The notes beneath the pieces were generated by a model. That model was not told where the DNA came from, searched no databases, and saw only the letters and a program-made list of their open reading frames with translations. A stretch of 64,000 nt of DNA. Origin: an uncultured Bacteroidales bacterium (GTDB taxonomy: Bacteria > Bacteroidota > Bacteroidia > Bacteroidales > VadinHA17). The position numbers and the translations under genes were made by a program. The stretch covers positions 44,854 through 108,853 of the forward strand of contig CAVTDE010000007.1 of NCBI GenBank assembly GCA_963733455.1, written 5' to 3'. Below are positions 1 to 10,492 of the stretch, piece after piece; within the stretch, counting starts at the first letter, position 1; each line of letters begins with the position of its first letter.

Positions 1-215
1 ACGACTGATTTCGGAAAAGAAATGCTCAGTTTTTTTATCTCAGCACGTGTATGAGTTTTATTGCTGACGAGAGAAGTGGCTGAATGAATAATTTTGTTTT
101 GGATTGAAGGCAGCTGTATCAGGGAAATAATTATAATAAGTAAAAGCAGAATGCATACAGCAATCCACAAAATGACCTTTAAGGCTTTTTTTAATAATGA
201 TTGAATACTATTCAT
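1..215 (-). CDS. Partial CDS (N-terminus only, continues past window start): TamB/AsmA-like translocation-assembly membrane protein
   Basis: Minus-strand ATG at 213-215. Translation is MNSIQSLLKKALKVILWIAVCILLLLIIIISLIQLPSIQNKIIHSATSLVSNKTHTRAEIKKLSISFPKSVV. It has a basic N-terminus, one TM helix and an IQxPxIQNxI pattern, as in Bacteroidota TamB/DUF490 N-termini. It is absent from the ORF track because it runs off the edge. Confidence 0.45.
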   Translation of the reverse strand, partial: MNSIQSLLKKALKVILWIAVCILLLLIIIISLIQLPSIQNKIIHSATSLVSNKTHTRAEIKKLSISFPKSV

Positions 216-409
216 TCAATTTAAGATATTGTTCCGCTGTTACCATTGGCTTCATACCTTATTAATACATACTTGCCATAATAATTGTTTAAAATCAGTG
301 TGCTTTCAGGATCCAGATGAGAGCGAGTTAGTCGGACGAACGCTCTCGATCAACAAGTGAGAGACAAAATGACGTTGATTAGAGTAATCCTGTTGATAAA
401 CAAAAATGC

Positions 410-2125
410 TTACATTTCCTGAGATAAATTCAGGATAACCTGATTGTTTTCCGGGTAGATTTTAAAACCGGGCCCGGCATCCGATGATACAAACGCGCCT
501 CTTGTAGCCCTTATAGCATAGTTAAAACCCTCGAAATTACAATCAATTTTACTGCGGTTAATGTTTCTGAAAGGCAACTCTTTCTTATCGGCTGTAGCCA
601 GATCCAAAAACCAGTCTGCAGCTTTATCGCTTTTCAGTGCCATCTTAATTTCGTGTTCATTCATGTCAATAAGGAATATTCCCTCGATCGATTTTAAAGG
701 CCATGTTATGTGCAAAAATCCTTTGCGGGCACTGGTTATCACCGGGTCACCTCCCTCTAAAGCAGTTTCTTTTCCATTTACCATAACTTTGAACTTCAGG
801 CCGGCCAGCTGCTGTGCAGCACTCCATAGGAACCCATCGACGAAAGGCAGTGTAAAGAACTTACATTCGTTTGAGGTAGTTGGCTCCTTCTCATAAACCG
901 ACGGAAATTTCTCATTAAATAAATGAATATCCCTTATCCTCAGCGTACTGTTTTCCCACAATAAATTAATGCGATAAAACCTACTGTTGAACCAAACGGT
1001 TTTCAGGTTGCTCGCGCGGATATCATTATTTACCGTAACTGATGTTGCCGGAGTTACTTTATAATTTTGCCTAAACCAGTTTCCTGATTCTGCCAGTGTT
1101 TCAACCTGTATTTTATGCTGATCTCGTAAGCTGGCAATTAAGGGCATTTGTAACTCCAAACCTTTTTTCATGGCATTCCATGTAAAAGAATTCTCCTGCC
1201 CGGCCTGGACATAGCCAAATTCCATGCTTTCGCCATTTACAAATTCTTTAAAATACCAGTTTACCCAGGTGGAGTCACCGCCGGCCTTTTTGTAAACGGG
1301 TTCGAGCGTAACAACGCCCTGGCCGTTTGTACTCAGCCCGTTGTCATATTGGCGAATGGGGTCGCTCCCCAGCATCCTGAAAATGGGTACCGGAATTTGG
1401 TTTGCAGCATGCTGGGCAGGCATATAGGAGTTGAGTTTGCTCGGGTAGTAAGCCTGGTTCCAGTAACCGCCCCAGAGGGTATAGCCATCTGTGCCATACT
1501 GGTCCTTGCAATTTGCCGAAGCCACTATATGATACTTTTTATACAGATAGTTGAGTGTATGAGCATCAATAAACCAGGAGGCTACGGATTTTGGATAATA
1601 GCCGAATATGTTTTTAAAATCGTTCATGTAAACATCAGCCAGCTTTTCACGTTCGCCGGGAGTATATCCTGTAGCAAAGCCAATGTTTGCCCGCCAGTCC
1701 CAGGGATATCGCCCACGCCATTTCAATCCGGCTTTTTCTACCAGGGGCTGCGGAATTTCCCACCAGGCACCAATTTCAAAAGAGTCACGTGGCAGTCTTT
1801 TTAGTAGTTGCTGATAACGCGGGTCAATCAGTGCATCGTACTGTAGCAAAAACGTACCGCCCAATTTGTACTGCTTCATGAGTTCAATCTGTTTAACTAC
1901 AGTTTGATACAACACATCTTCCGTTACTCTCCGATCCCTCGGCTCCAGCAAGCGTATGAAGTTGACAATATTTACGATTTTGGGGCGGTTTTTATTATTC
2001 GCCGAGTCGCTTTGTGCATAGCCGGTTGAACATAACAACGACATGCCGGTTAATATCAGCAAAGCAAATCGGATAAGTGTTTTTAGTGTTATTTTTCTCA
2101 CGTCTGTTCTGGTATTAAATGTCAT
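410..2125 (-). CDS. Secreted hypothetical protein, possibly a carbohydrate-active enzyme (family not recognised)
   Basis: Long ORF 410..2194. The likely start is the ATG at 2125, giving signal peptide MTFNTRTDVRKITLKTLIRFALLILTGMSLLCSTGYAQS. The protein is aromatic/Trp-rich like glycan-active enzymes. No catalytic motif was recognised. Confidence 0.6.
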   Translation of the reverse strand: MTFNTRTDVRKITLKTLIRFALLILTGMSLLCSTGYAQSDSANNKNRPKIVNIVNFIRLLEPRDRRVTEDVLYQTVVKQIELMKQYKLGGTFLLQYDALIDPRYQQLLKRLPRDSFEIGAWWEIPQPLVEKAGLKWRGRYPWDWRANIGFATGYTPGEREKLADVYMNDFKNIFGYYPKSVASWFIDAHTLNYLYKKYHIVASANCKDQYGTDGYTLWGGYWNQAYYPSKLNSYMPAQHAANQIPVPIFRMLGSDPIRQYDNGLSTNGQGVVTLEPVYKKAGGDSTWVNWYFKEFVNGESMEFGYVQAGQENSFTWNAMKKGLELQMPLIASLRDQHKIQVETLAESGNWFRQNYKVTPATSVTVNNDIRASNLKTVWFNSRFYRINLLWENSTLRIRDIHLFNEKFPSVYEKEPTTSNECKFFTLPFVDGFLWSAAQQLAGLKFKVMVNGKETALEGGDPVITSARKGFLHITWPLKSIEGIFLIDMNEHEIKMALKSDKAADWFLDLATADKKELPFRNINRSKIDCNFEGFNYAIRATRGAFVSSDAGPGFKIYPENNQVILNLSQEM

Positions 2126-2407
2126 ATCCCGGGTCAGCATTACTGATGGCATGATATTAGCATTCCTTTCAGCCGATAACTGAAGCCTAATCAAAATCCA
2201 ACAGTTAAAGATAAAAATAAAAGCTCAATAGCGTTGGCCGCGCCGGATGTTCTAAGCTTCAGGACGGATTTTACTATTTGACTTATAATGTATAAATTAG
2301 TACCTTAGTTGGTGACTTTATTGAAATTATGTTAAAGGTCTATTTTGCACTCGGATGCAAATTAGGAGTCTATCCAATGGTTAAGCAAATCAGAGGAGAT
2401 TGATTAA

Positions 2408-3214
2408 ATGAACAAGCAGACCTTTTTAGAAAATGTTATTATCATAACTGGTGCATCATCCGGGATTGGGATGCACTTAGCGCTACGACTTGCTGAACAA
2501 GGTGCATGGCTCGCATTAGCGGCACGTAATATTGAGCATCTGGAGGAAGTTTCAAAACAATGTCATCAGCGAGGTGGTAAGGTTATCATTGTACCAACAG
2601 ATGTTACCGAGAAATCTCAATGTCAAAACCTGATTGAGCAGACTGTTGCGGAATATGGAAGAATTGATACCTTGATCAATAATGCGGGTATTGGTATAGC
2701 CTCCAGATTTGACGCATTAAATGATCTAACTATATTTGAACAGGTCATTCGGGTGAACTTTTTCGGCAGCGTATATTGCACGCATTATGCATTGTCCTAT
2801 TTAAAAGAAACCCATGGACGTTTGGTCGGGATATCCAGTCTTCGCGGCAAATTTCCGTCTGCAACAGCAGATGGTTATGGTGCAAGTAAGCACGCAATGT
2901 CTGAATTTTTCTCATCACTTAGAATAGAATTAGCTGATAGCGGTGTCAGCGTAACTCTAATTTACCCAGGATGGGTTAGTACTGGAATTAGCAGCAGAGC
3001 CATTAAAGCGGATGGAAGGCTTACAAACGAAACTTCAATCCATGAAAAAGGAGCTATGTCAGTTGAGACTTGCTCACGCATAATCGTTAATGCTGTTGCA
3101 AAACGGAAACGTCAAGTTGTAATGACCCTACAAGGCAAGTTAGGATTATGGTTGCATTTAATAGCTCCAAAAATTACCGATCAAATGGTCAAAAAGAATA
3201 CTGATTTAAGGTAA
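2408..3214 (+). CDS. SDR family oxidoreductase (short-chain dehydrogenase/reductase)
   Basis: TGASSGIG cofactor motif, NNAG, and catalytic YGASKHA (YxxxK). AGGAG-like sequence upstream. Confidence 0.9.
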   Translation: MNKQTFLENVIIITGASSGIGMHLALRLAEQGAWLALAARNIEHLEEVSKQCHQRGGKVIIVPTDVTEKSQCQNLIEQTVAEYGRIDTLINNAGIGIASRFDALNDLTIFEQVIRVNFFGSVYCTHYALSYLKETHGRLVGISSLRGKFPSATADGYGASKHAMSEFFSSLRIELADSGVSVTLIYPGWVSTGISSRAIKADGRLTNETSIHEKGAMSVETCSRIIVNAVAKRKRQVVMTLQGKLGLWLHLIAPKITDQMVKKNTDLR

Positions 3215-3219
3215 AATAA

Positions 3220-4014
3220 ATGAGAGATCTATATTTTTTTCAGGACAAAGTAATCTTAATTACAGGAGCATCAAGTGGTATTGGTCGGGCTACAGCTCTG
3301 ATTTTTGCAGAACTAAAGGCAAAAGTGATTCTATCTTCAAGGAATGAAGAAAAATTGGAGTTTTTGAAACAAGAAATTGAGTTGAGGGGGGGACAAGCTT
3401 TTGTGATCAAAGCAGATGTCAGTTCATTGGAAGACACTCAAAAAATGGTAATGGCTTCAATTTTAAAATGGGGTAACATAGATATATTAATAGCCAATGC
3501 AGGTGTTTATTTCCAGGATGTAAGTCATGAAATAAATGTTGAATCGTTTCGGGAATCTTTTAAAATAAATTTTTTCGGTGTACTACATGCTATAAAAAGT
3601 GTTCTTCCTGAAATGAAACATCAGGGGAAAGGTCATATTGTAATTGTTAACAGTCTTGATGCCAAGAAAGGTATAATAGGTGATTCTCCTTATGTAGCGG
3701 CGAAATCAGCATTGGATGGATTGGGGGATGTATTGCGTCAGGAGCTTAGAGGGGAAGGAATAAAAATAACTTCAATATATCCAGCTCGTGTTGATACACC
3801 AATGATTGAAAACATAAGGGTACCCTGGATATCTCCGAAGATTTCTCCGTTTAAAGTAGCGAAAGCTATTGTAAAAGGAATCAAAAGAAATAGGGCTATT
3901 GTTATAGTGCCTCCTTCAAACTTCCTGCTTGGGTCGTTAAATAACTTGTTCCCTCGTCTGCTCGATTGGTTTTATCTGACACTAAGAATTCAAGGAGAAA
4001 AAGTCAAGGAATAA
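3220..4014 (+). CDS. SDR family oxidoreductase (second tandem paralogue)
   Basis: TGASSGIG, ANAG and YVAAKSA (YxxxK). It starts 6 nt after the previous SDR stop. Confidence 0.9.
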   Translation: MRDLYFFQDKVILITGASSGIGRATALIFAELKAKVILSSRNEEKLEFLKQEIELRGGQAFVIKADVSSLEDTQKMVMASILKWGNIDILIANAGVYFQDVSHEINVESFRESFKINFFGVLHAIKSVLPEMKHQGKGHIVIVNSLDAKKGIIGDSPYVAAKSALDGLGDVLRQELRGEGIKITSIYPARVDTPMIENIRVPWISPKISPFKVAKAIVKGIKRNRAIVIVPPSNFLLGSLNNLFPRLLDWFYLTLRIQGEKVKE

Positions 4015-4196
4015 GAATGGAACAAGAAGAGCCGGAGGCCTTGACCATATATTAACCACTACAAATTGACTACCAAAATCACTTTTTCATCTCCCTCTCT
4101 CCCCCTCTCCCTTTCTCCCCCTCCTTCTTATTTGTCTTCAAAACAAATTTTTCGGCGAAGACCACAGAGGACGCAAAATGGTTGAATCCTTTTTCC

Positions 4197-4204
4197 TACT
4201 TTTG
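4197..4204 (+). promoter_or_regulatory. Candidate Bacteroidota -7 promoter element (TAnnTTTG)
   Basis: TACTTTTG lies 18 nt upstream of the 4222 ATG. This is a motif match only. Confidence 0.3.
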
Positions 4205-4221
4205 AAACCTCAAACGAAAAG

Positions 4222-6396
4222 ATGCTCAGCTCTAAACGATTCCTTCTCTTAATCCTATTTCTCTCCGGAGTAATATTGCTTTATTCCCAGGAGAAGGCTG
4301 TGAACCGTGATAAATACCGTATTAACATATCACGAACCAGCGAGGCAATGAAGATTGACGGAGTGCTTGATGAAAAATCCTGGCAGGTCTCAGAGGTAGC
4401 TGAAAATTTTATACGTGTGACGCCGGTGGATACAGGTTTTGCAATTGCAAAAACTACAGTTGTAATCACCTACGATAAATCAAATATATATGTCGGAGCT
4501 GTCTGCTATGATCCCTTACCCGGAAAAAGACCCGTGGAATCCCTGCGCAGGGATTTTGAGTTTGGCAAAAATGATAACTTCAGGATACATATAGATACCT
4601 ATAATAACCAGACGAATGGATTTGCCTTCGGCGTCTCTGCAGCGGGCGCCCAGTGTGACGGAGTGATAAACAACGGAAACCAGTCGAGCTTTACCTGGGA
4701 TATCAAATGGAAATCCGCAGTGAAGAGCTACAACGATCGCTGGGTGGCTGAGATGGCCATCCCTTTCCGCAGTCTCCGTTATCTCGGGGGAGAGAAAGAA
4801 TGGGGAGTCAACTTTGGTCGGCTAGATCTTAAAACGAACGAAAAATCAGCATGGGCTCCTGTTCCGCGTCAATTTCCTCACAACTCTCTGCCACACGCAG
4901 GATCTCTGATGTGGGATAAGCCCCTTGATAAAGCTGGATTACGGTTATCCATCATCCCTTACGCCACTTCTACAGTCATAAAAAATACAGAAGCAGGCGA
5001 ATCTGCAAAATGGAAATGGAACGCAGGTTTTGATACTAAAATGATATTGTCAACATCCATGAACCTCGACCTGACAGTCAATCCTGATTACTCCCAGGTT
5101 GAGGAAGACAGGCAGCAGACTAATCTCGATCGCTTTGAATTGTTTTATCCTGAAAGACGACAGTTTTTTCTTGAGAACAGTGACCTGTTTGCCGATCTCG
5201 GGAACAGTCAGGCACGTCCTTTCTTTTCAAGGCGTATCGGACTTAATGTCCCTGTAAATTTCGGCGGAAGATTGACCGGAAGGATTGGCAATAAATGGAG
5301 GATCGGGATGATGGATATGCAAACAGGATCAAAAGGCGAAAGCCGTTCAGGTAATTACGCGGTCGCTGTTCTGCAGCGTGAGATCTTCAGCCGTTCCAGT
5401 ATTGTAGGGTTTCTTGTCAATAAAAATATCACTGAATCGTTTGATGATTCTGCGTTCACCGGGTACCGTTACAACAGGGTGGCAGGACTGGAATATAATT
5501 ACGCAAGCGCAGATAACCAGTGGCAGGGTAAAGTATTCTATCATCAGTCATTTTATCCGGGAGCGGGCATGGATGCTGCAGCTGTTTCCGGAAATATCAG
5601 TTATTCCTCTCAGTATCTGAAAGCCGGTATCGATCAGTCGTGGATAGGATCTGATTACATTGCCGAAGCTGGTTATATAAGAAGAACAGGTTTCTATGAG
5701 CTCACACCGTCTGTCAGCTACCTGTTTTATCCATCAGGGTCAAAAAGGATCATCAGTCATGGTCCCGGTGCCAGCTTCAATGCGATCTTCGATCCGGAAT
5801 TCAATCTTACTGACCGGGAAACACAGCTTTCATATAGTATCGGATGGCAGAATAAAAGCCAGCTGTCCGTCAGCATTGAAGAACAATTCGTTAAGCTCAG
5901 CAGTGCTTTTGATCCTACCAATACCGAGGGAGAGAAATTTGTCGCAGGTGAGCAGTTTAACTGGAAAAGTGTCCGGGCGGGATTTACTTCAGATGCCCGA
6001 AAATTATTCAACTACACCCTGAATGCAAGCATCGGAGGTTACTATAACGGAAACCGCTGGAACATCAGCGGACTGATTAACTACCGGGTACAGCCATATG
6101 GCAGCATCGGAATGACAGCGAGCTATAACAATATCTTATTACCCGAGCCTTACAACAGTGCGAAGTTGATCCTTGTGGGACCCGCACTGGATATAACCTT
6201 CACGGATAAAATATTCCTCACTACATTCGTCCAGTACAACAACCAGGTCGATAACCTGAATATGAATATCCGCTTACAGTGGCGTTTTGCACCGGTGTCG
6301 GATCTATTTATTGTGTATACAGGGAATTCCTACACGGAAAATTTCGTGAATAAGAATCGGGGATTAGTCATTAAGCTATCATACTGGTTTAACTAA
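4222..6396 (+). CDS. CBM9-like / DUF5916 domain outer-membrane-type protein
   Basis: Signal peptide, then an N-terminal MKIDGVLDEKSWQ block typical of the CBM9-like domain. The long beta-rich C-terminal region ends in an aromatic SYWFN. Confidence 0.8.
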   Translation: MLSSKRFLLLILFLSGVILLYSQEKAVNRDKYRINISRTSEAMKIDGVLDEKSWQVSEVAENFIRVTPVDTGFAIAKTTVVITYDKSNIYVGAVCYDPLPGKRPVESLRRDFEFGKNDNFRIHIDTYNNQTNGFAFGVSAAGAQCDGVINNGNQSSFTWDIKWKSAVKSYNDRWVAEMAIPFRSLRYLGGEKEWGVNFGRLDLKTNEKSAWAPVPRQFPHNSLPHAGSLMWDKPLDKAGLRLSIIPYATSTVIKNTEAGESAKWKWNAGFDTKMILSTSMNLDLTVNPDYSQVEEDRQQTNLDRFELFYPERRQFFLENSDLFADLGNSQARPFFSRRIGLNVPVNFGGRLTGRIGNKWRIGMMDMQTGSKGESRSGNYAVAVLQREIFSRSSIVGFLVNKNITESFDDSAFTGYRYNRVAGLEYNYASADNQWQGKVFYHQSFYPGAGMDAAAVSGNISYSSQYLKAGIDQSWIGSDYIAEAGYIRRTGFYELTPSVSYLFYPSGSKRIISHGPGASFNAIFDPEFNLTDRETQLSYSIGWQNKSQLSVSIEEQFVKLSSAFDPTNTEGEKFVAGEQFNWKSVRAGFTSDARKLFNYTLNASIGGYYNGNRWNISGLINYRVQPYGSIGMTASYNNILLPEPYNSAKLILVGPALDITFTDKIFLTTFVQYNNQVDNLNMNIRLQWRFAPVSDLFIVYTGNSYTENFVNKNRGLVIKLSYWFN

Positions 6397-6449
6397 CTTC
6401 ATAAACCGCAAAGGAAGTAAAGTACGCAGAGAAAATTTTTTGCGAAGTG

Positions 6450-6530
6450 CCCTGCCTGCAGGCTGGCAGGCAACAGGCAGGTTCGGGGCGCTAAAACAGA
6501 GTGAGAGTGAGAGCGAGAGTGCGATCAGGA
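6450..6530. repeat. Intergenic hairpin/GAGAG-rich repeat (family B copy 1)
   Basis: cctgcc...ggcagg hairpin followed by ttcggggcgctaaaacagagtgagagtgagagcgagag. Related copies lie at 12687-12738 and, inverted, at 34668-34708. It sits between convergent gene ends. Confidence 0.6.
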
Positions 6531-7032
6531 TCATCGGTAGGCTATATCCATTATTTCAAAAACAATATCTTCCCTGTCCCGCTTTAAAGTAATCTTGTCT
6601 CCGACTTTTTTATTTATCAATGCTTTGGCTAAAGGTGAAATAAATGAGATCTTACCTTTGGCAATGTCTGCTTCATCAACACCAACTATCCGAAAAATCT
6701 GCATGTTACCAGACACTCCAGTTTTGAGGGTCACCAATGCACCGAACCTTATTTCGTTTTGAGGTTGCTCATTCAGATCAACAACTTTGGCTTCGGCAAT
6801 TCTGTTGTTCAGCAACTGTAATTTTGCATTAATATAGTTCAGGGAAATTCGTTTCTCATTTTCGCTGGTGCTGCTCAGGTTGTCTTTTTCATGGATCAGC
6901 ATCTCTTTTTCAGCTAATAGCTGATCCATTCCGGTCCGGGTAACAAAGTTTGTTACACCCTCCGGTAAATATGCCCTCCGGGACTATCGGAATTTCTTCC
7001 TGATCGTCTTCCTTGACAAATCCTCTGCTCAT
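6531..7032 (-). pseudogene. GreA/GreB-family transcription elongation factor homologue, interrupted by a 1-nt frameshift
   Basis: ORF 6531..6929 carries the C-terminal GreA-like domain (FGALVTLK...IVGVDEADIAKGKISFISPLAKALINKKVGD). The conserved N-terminus MSRGFVKEDDQEEIPIV starts at the ATG at 7032 in another frame. The frames meet at the CCC/GGG run near 6974-6983. The span is 502 nt (3n+1). Confidence 0.75.
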
Positions 7033-7196
7033 TGCATTTAGATCTGAACTACTAATTTTTCTCTTAAAGAATATACTCTAACAAATATAGTCAGTTTTTG
7101 CAGTAACCTGTTTTTTAATAGTCCGTATGTCATCCCGCTCGTAAAAAAATTTTTATTAATTTTCAACCTCTCAAAAAGGATTTAAATTTCTGTAAA

Positions 7197-8708
7197 ATGA
7201 CTATAAAGAAATCTGTTCCCTGTTCTGCCGAAAGACATGAAGCAAAAAAAATAAGCAGACGTAAAGTGCTGAAAAGTATGGTACTTGCACCGATTAATCT
7301 GAGCTTTTTCCTGTCTGTCATCAAAGCCCAGGGAAAAAGACAGGGATATCCTGAGGAAATCAATCTGCCGGGGAATTATTATCCCGGAAATGGGAGACCG
7401 TTGGATAACCTCTACCTCCCCAACCGACCACTGGGTAAGGCACAGGGCATCCTGCCAGGAAGGGTAAGCTGGGTATGGAATCCGGCATCCACAAATCCCG
7501 ATTGCATAAATAAACCCACATCAAAAGATGCCCCTTCGGTAGAGTATAATGCCTGGTTTATGGATAAAAATACAAACCAGGAAATAGTAGATCTTATGCT
7601 CAAAGCCGGCATATGTTCAATGGCCGGTAAGGAAAAGCAAGCTGAAGCCTGGGATTCCATATTCAGATATCATAATCAGAAGCGTGCCAAAGGAAACGTC
7701 CCTTACCTTGAAGGTGAAAAAATATATATTAAGCTGAACAGGACCTCTGCATCCGGAGGAATGAGTCCTGATTACAGGAGACTGGACGATAACCCTTTAA
7801 CTCTGGCTTGCGAAACATCACCCCAGATTGTTATTTCAGTGCTCAGACAACTTGTTCATGTTGCAGGTGTACCCCAGGAATGTATTTATGTGGGAGATGC
7901 TATGAGAAATATTTATCAGGATGAATACATTAAATACTATGCCGAATATCCACGGGTGAATTATCTATCAAGTTTTGGCGCCACACATGGAAGGATTCAC
8001 ACAAGTGAATCCAAAAAAGACCTGATATTTTATTCAGATAAAAAATCCATTATGAGCGAGGCAGGATCGGATAAGATCTATACCGTACTTGAAGATGCCG
8101 AATATCTTATAAACCTGGCAGCGATGAAGGGACATGGTATTGCCGGGATCTCCCTGTGCGCTAAAAATCATTTTGGGACACAAACAAGGCGCGATGCCTC
8201 TCACCTCCACGCCGGACTGAAAAATAGAAACAGTCAGGGATATGGAAACTATAGGGTACTGGTCGATCTTATGGGAAACAAGTTTACCGGTGACAAGAAC
8301 CTTTTCTTCATCCTCGACGCTCTCTGGTCAGGTTCAGATTGGAACGGGCTTCCTGTTAAATTCTTAATGCCTCCCTTTAATAATCACTGGAGTTCGTCCC
8401 TGTTCCTGTCGCTCGATCCGGTCGCTATAGAATCGGTAGCTTTTGATATTCTGAGAACTGAGTTCTCATTACCCGAACATACTGTTCCGCATATTCTTGA
8501 GCCTGGGGTCGATGATTATCTGCACCAGACAGCCGATTCGGGAAACTGGCCTGCGGGGATCAACTATACTCCAAATAACGATGGTATTCCGATTCCAAAA
8601 AGCCTGGGTGTTCATGAGCACTGGAATAATCCGGCAGACAAGCAGTATTCAAAGAACCTTGGTACAGGTGAAGGAATCGAACTGGTGAAAATCTTCCCCA
8701 GGAGTTGA
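7197..8708 (+). CDS. DUF362 domain-containing protein with Tat-type signal
   Basis: Twin-arginine ISRRKVLKSMVLAP. DUF362-like blocks KIYIKLNRTS and NLAAMKGHGIAGISLCAKNHFG. Confidence 0.7.
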   Translation: MTIKKSVPCSAERHEAKKISRRKVLKSMVLAPINLSFFLSVIKAQGKRQGYPEEINLPGNYYPGNGRPLDNLYLPNRPLGKAQGILPGRVSWVWNPASTNPDCINKPTSKDAPSVEYNAWFMDKNTNQEIVDLMLKAGICSMAGKEKQAEAWDSIFRYHNQKRAKGNVPYLEGEKIYIKLNRTSASGGMSPDYRRLDDNPLTLACETSPQIVISVLRQLVHVAGVPQECIYVGDAMRNIYQDEYIKYYAEYPRVNYLSSFGATHGRIHTSESKKDLIFYSDKKSIMSEAGSDKIYTVLEDAEYLINLAAMKGHGIAGISLCAKNHFGTQTRRDASHLHAGLKNRNSQGYGNYRVLVDLMGNKFTGDKNLFFILDALWSGSDWNGLPVKFLMPPFNNHWSSSLFLSLDPVAIESVAFDILRTEFSLPEHTVPHILEPGVDDYLHQTADSGNWPAGINYTPNNDGIPIPKSLGVHEHWNNPADKQYSKNLGTGEGIELVKIFPRS

Positions 8709-8767
8709 TCCGGTTTGAGAAACGCACCTGTCCCTGGAAGTTTCGGAGACCAACCTTAAAAAAATCA

Positions 8768-9160
8768 ATGAAAAAGTACTTTATCATCTTAGGTTGTATT
8801 CAGGCATTTATAGCTCTTGGAGCAATCCCTGCCGGATTGGGCTTCCTGTCCGATACGTCAGGAGCAAGAATGGGTAATTCTGTTGGGATGCTTGGAAACT
8901 CCCCTTTGAAAAGTTTCCTTATTCCCGGACTCTTTTTGTTGATTGTGCATGGATTTGGAAATGTCGCCGGTGCAATACTTTCATTCAGAAAGAACACTCT
9001 GGCCGGACTTTCAGGGCTTTCACTCGGCTTAATCCTGGTCCTTTGGATAGTAATTCAGGTGCACTGGATTGGACTTGGCAGTTTTATGCAACCACTGTTT
9101 TTTGTAATTGGTGTCCTGGAGGCTACAATGGGATGGATAATCTATAGGAATTCTTTCTAA
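8768..9160 (+). CDS. Small integral membrane protein (4 predicted TM helices), function unknown
   Basis: The ATG at 8768 gives MKKYFIILGCIQAFIALGAIPAGLGF. The sequence is hydrophobic throughout. The track ORF 8705.. starts at an upstream TTG that overlaps the DUF362 stop. Confidence 0.6.
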   Translation: MKKYFIILGCIQAFIALGAIPAGLGFLSDTSGARMGNSVGMLGNSPLKSFLIPGLFLLIVHGFGNVAGAILSFRKNTLAGLSGLSLGLILVLWIVIQVHWIGLGSFMQPLFFVIGVLEATMGWIIYRNSF

Positions 9161-9165
9161 ACAGA

Positions 9166-10215
9166 TTATTCTTTCATCCAGTTTATAAGGTTGTTTATAA
9201 ATGGCTGAGGCATGATCTGAAGGCCATTTGCATCGCCGATGAAGAATATTTTGCTTTTCGGATAGTTGAGAATTCCCATTACCGGAGGTGCCACAGGTTC
9301 GCCTTCATCCTTGATTCCGTTAAAATTCATATCGGCATAATCATTTTCACCTAACCATCCAAGTATCTGAATATCTGGATTCTGATCTGCGTTGATAAGA
9401 ACGGAGCCGGCAAAATAATCGAGACTGATGAGATTTTCGGTAATAATGTGACTGGCAAATTTACTTATCTTTCCTCCTGCCATGCCTGTGAATTCCAAGC
9501 CCAGGAGATCACCCAGTTCATCTTTTGGATCGTACTTTTTGTGATCAGTGAAAAAGACCAGGTTCATACCTCTTTTGACAAGTTTGGAATAGACATCAAG
9601 TTCATTTGCAGTATACGTTTGGAATCCATTAACTCTGATGACTATAAAATATCCCATAAAATGTTCCTCTTTTAGCTCTTCTCCCCTGCCCAGTTCATCC
9701 ACTTTGAATCCTTTCTGACGAAGCAGATCGGCAAATATCTTACCCTGATGATACTCGTCGGGATTAAAACCTGTCTGCTCTGATTGTGGGAACCACCATA
9801 CGCCACCATCGTGCGAGGCATCAATAACAATCCTTTTACTTACCGGAACTGCCGTTACATTCCACTCATCTTTCTGATTATTTATATCTTTTAGCTCGTA
9901 AGTAACAGTCCGGGAGAAATCGGTAGCCGAACTCCCTGAAACCTGCTCTTCCCCATTTAAATAAACAGTAATACCCGAGGGAACCTCAAACCGTGGTACC
10001 AACTTTGTAATATCCACATCAGACTCAACCTCAAGCTTCACCTGCTTCTGATTAATTTTTATGGCAGTAGACAGTATTGTCTGTCCATTTGTTGAAAACG
10101 AAAGAAAGCCTCCCTCAGGCTCAGGACTCTGAACTTCCGGTTCATCTTTCTCACATGATATCAGTAATAGCGGAAAGATAATGAACCAGATTCGATTGAT
10201 CAACTTTGTTTTCAT
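9166..10215 (-). CDS. Hypothetical lipoprotein
   Basis: Lipobox LLLISCEKDE. An N-terminal beta-sandwich-like segment is followed by an alpha/beta-like C-terminal half. No family was recognised with confidence. Confidence 0.65.
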   Translation of the reverse strand: MKTKLINRIWFIIFPLLLISCEKDEPEVQSPEPEGGFLSFSTNGQTILSTAIKINQKQVKLEVESDVDITKLVPRFEVPSGITVYLNGEEQVSGSSATDFSRTVTYELKDINNQKDEWNVTAVPVSKRIVIDASHDGGVWWFPQSEQTGFNPDEYHQGKIFADLLRQKGFKVDELGRGEELKEEHFMGYFIVIRVNGFQTYTANELDVYSKLVKRGMNLVFFTDHKKYDPKDELGDLLGLEFTGMAGGKISKFASHIITENLISLDYFAGSVLINADQNPDIQILGWLGENDYADMNFNGIKDEGEPVAPPVMGILNYPKSKIFFIGDANGLQIMPQPFINNLINWMKE

Positions 10216-10246
10216 GGTTAATATCTTTTAGTTATTGAATACAAGC

Positions 10247-10492
10247 TTAGTCTGAATCAATTTCATATTCATCAGTAGGATAACTTTCTCCGGTGATACA
10301 AGTAAAACAGCTAAGTCCGACAGTAGCTGATCCGATCACCCAAATGTCGTTACCGCAATGACATTTTTTACCTTTTTTAAAAGCATCAAGGGCACTATTA
10401 AGTCGAATCCTTAAGTCTTTCTCGTTTTCAGCAGGATTACTTTTGAGATGGAGTTTTACATATTTGTCCAGGGAAATGGGAACAAAGCTCAT
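10247..10492 (-). CDS. Small hypothetical protein with a 4-Cys (CxC...CxxC) zinc-ribbon-like motif
   Basis: 81-aa ORF with CHCGNDIW...CFTCITGE and an acidic tail. Confidence 0.5.
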   Translation of the reverse strand: MSFVPISLDKYVKLHLKSNPAENEKDLRIRLNSALDAFKKGKKCHCGNDIWVIGSATVGLSCFTCITGESYPTDEYEIDSD

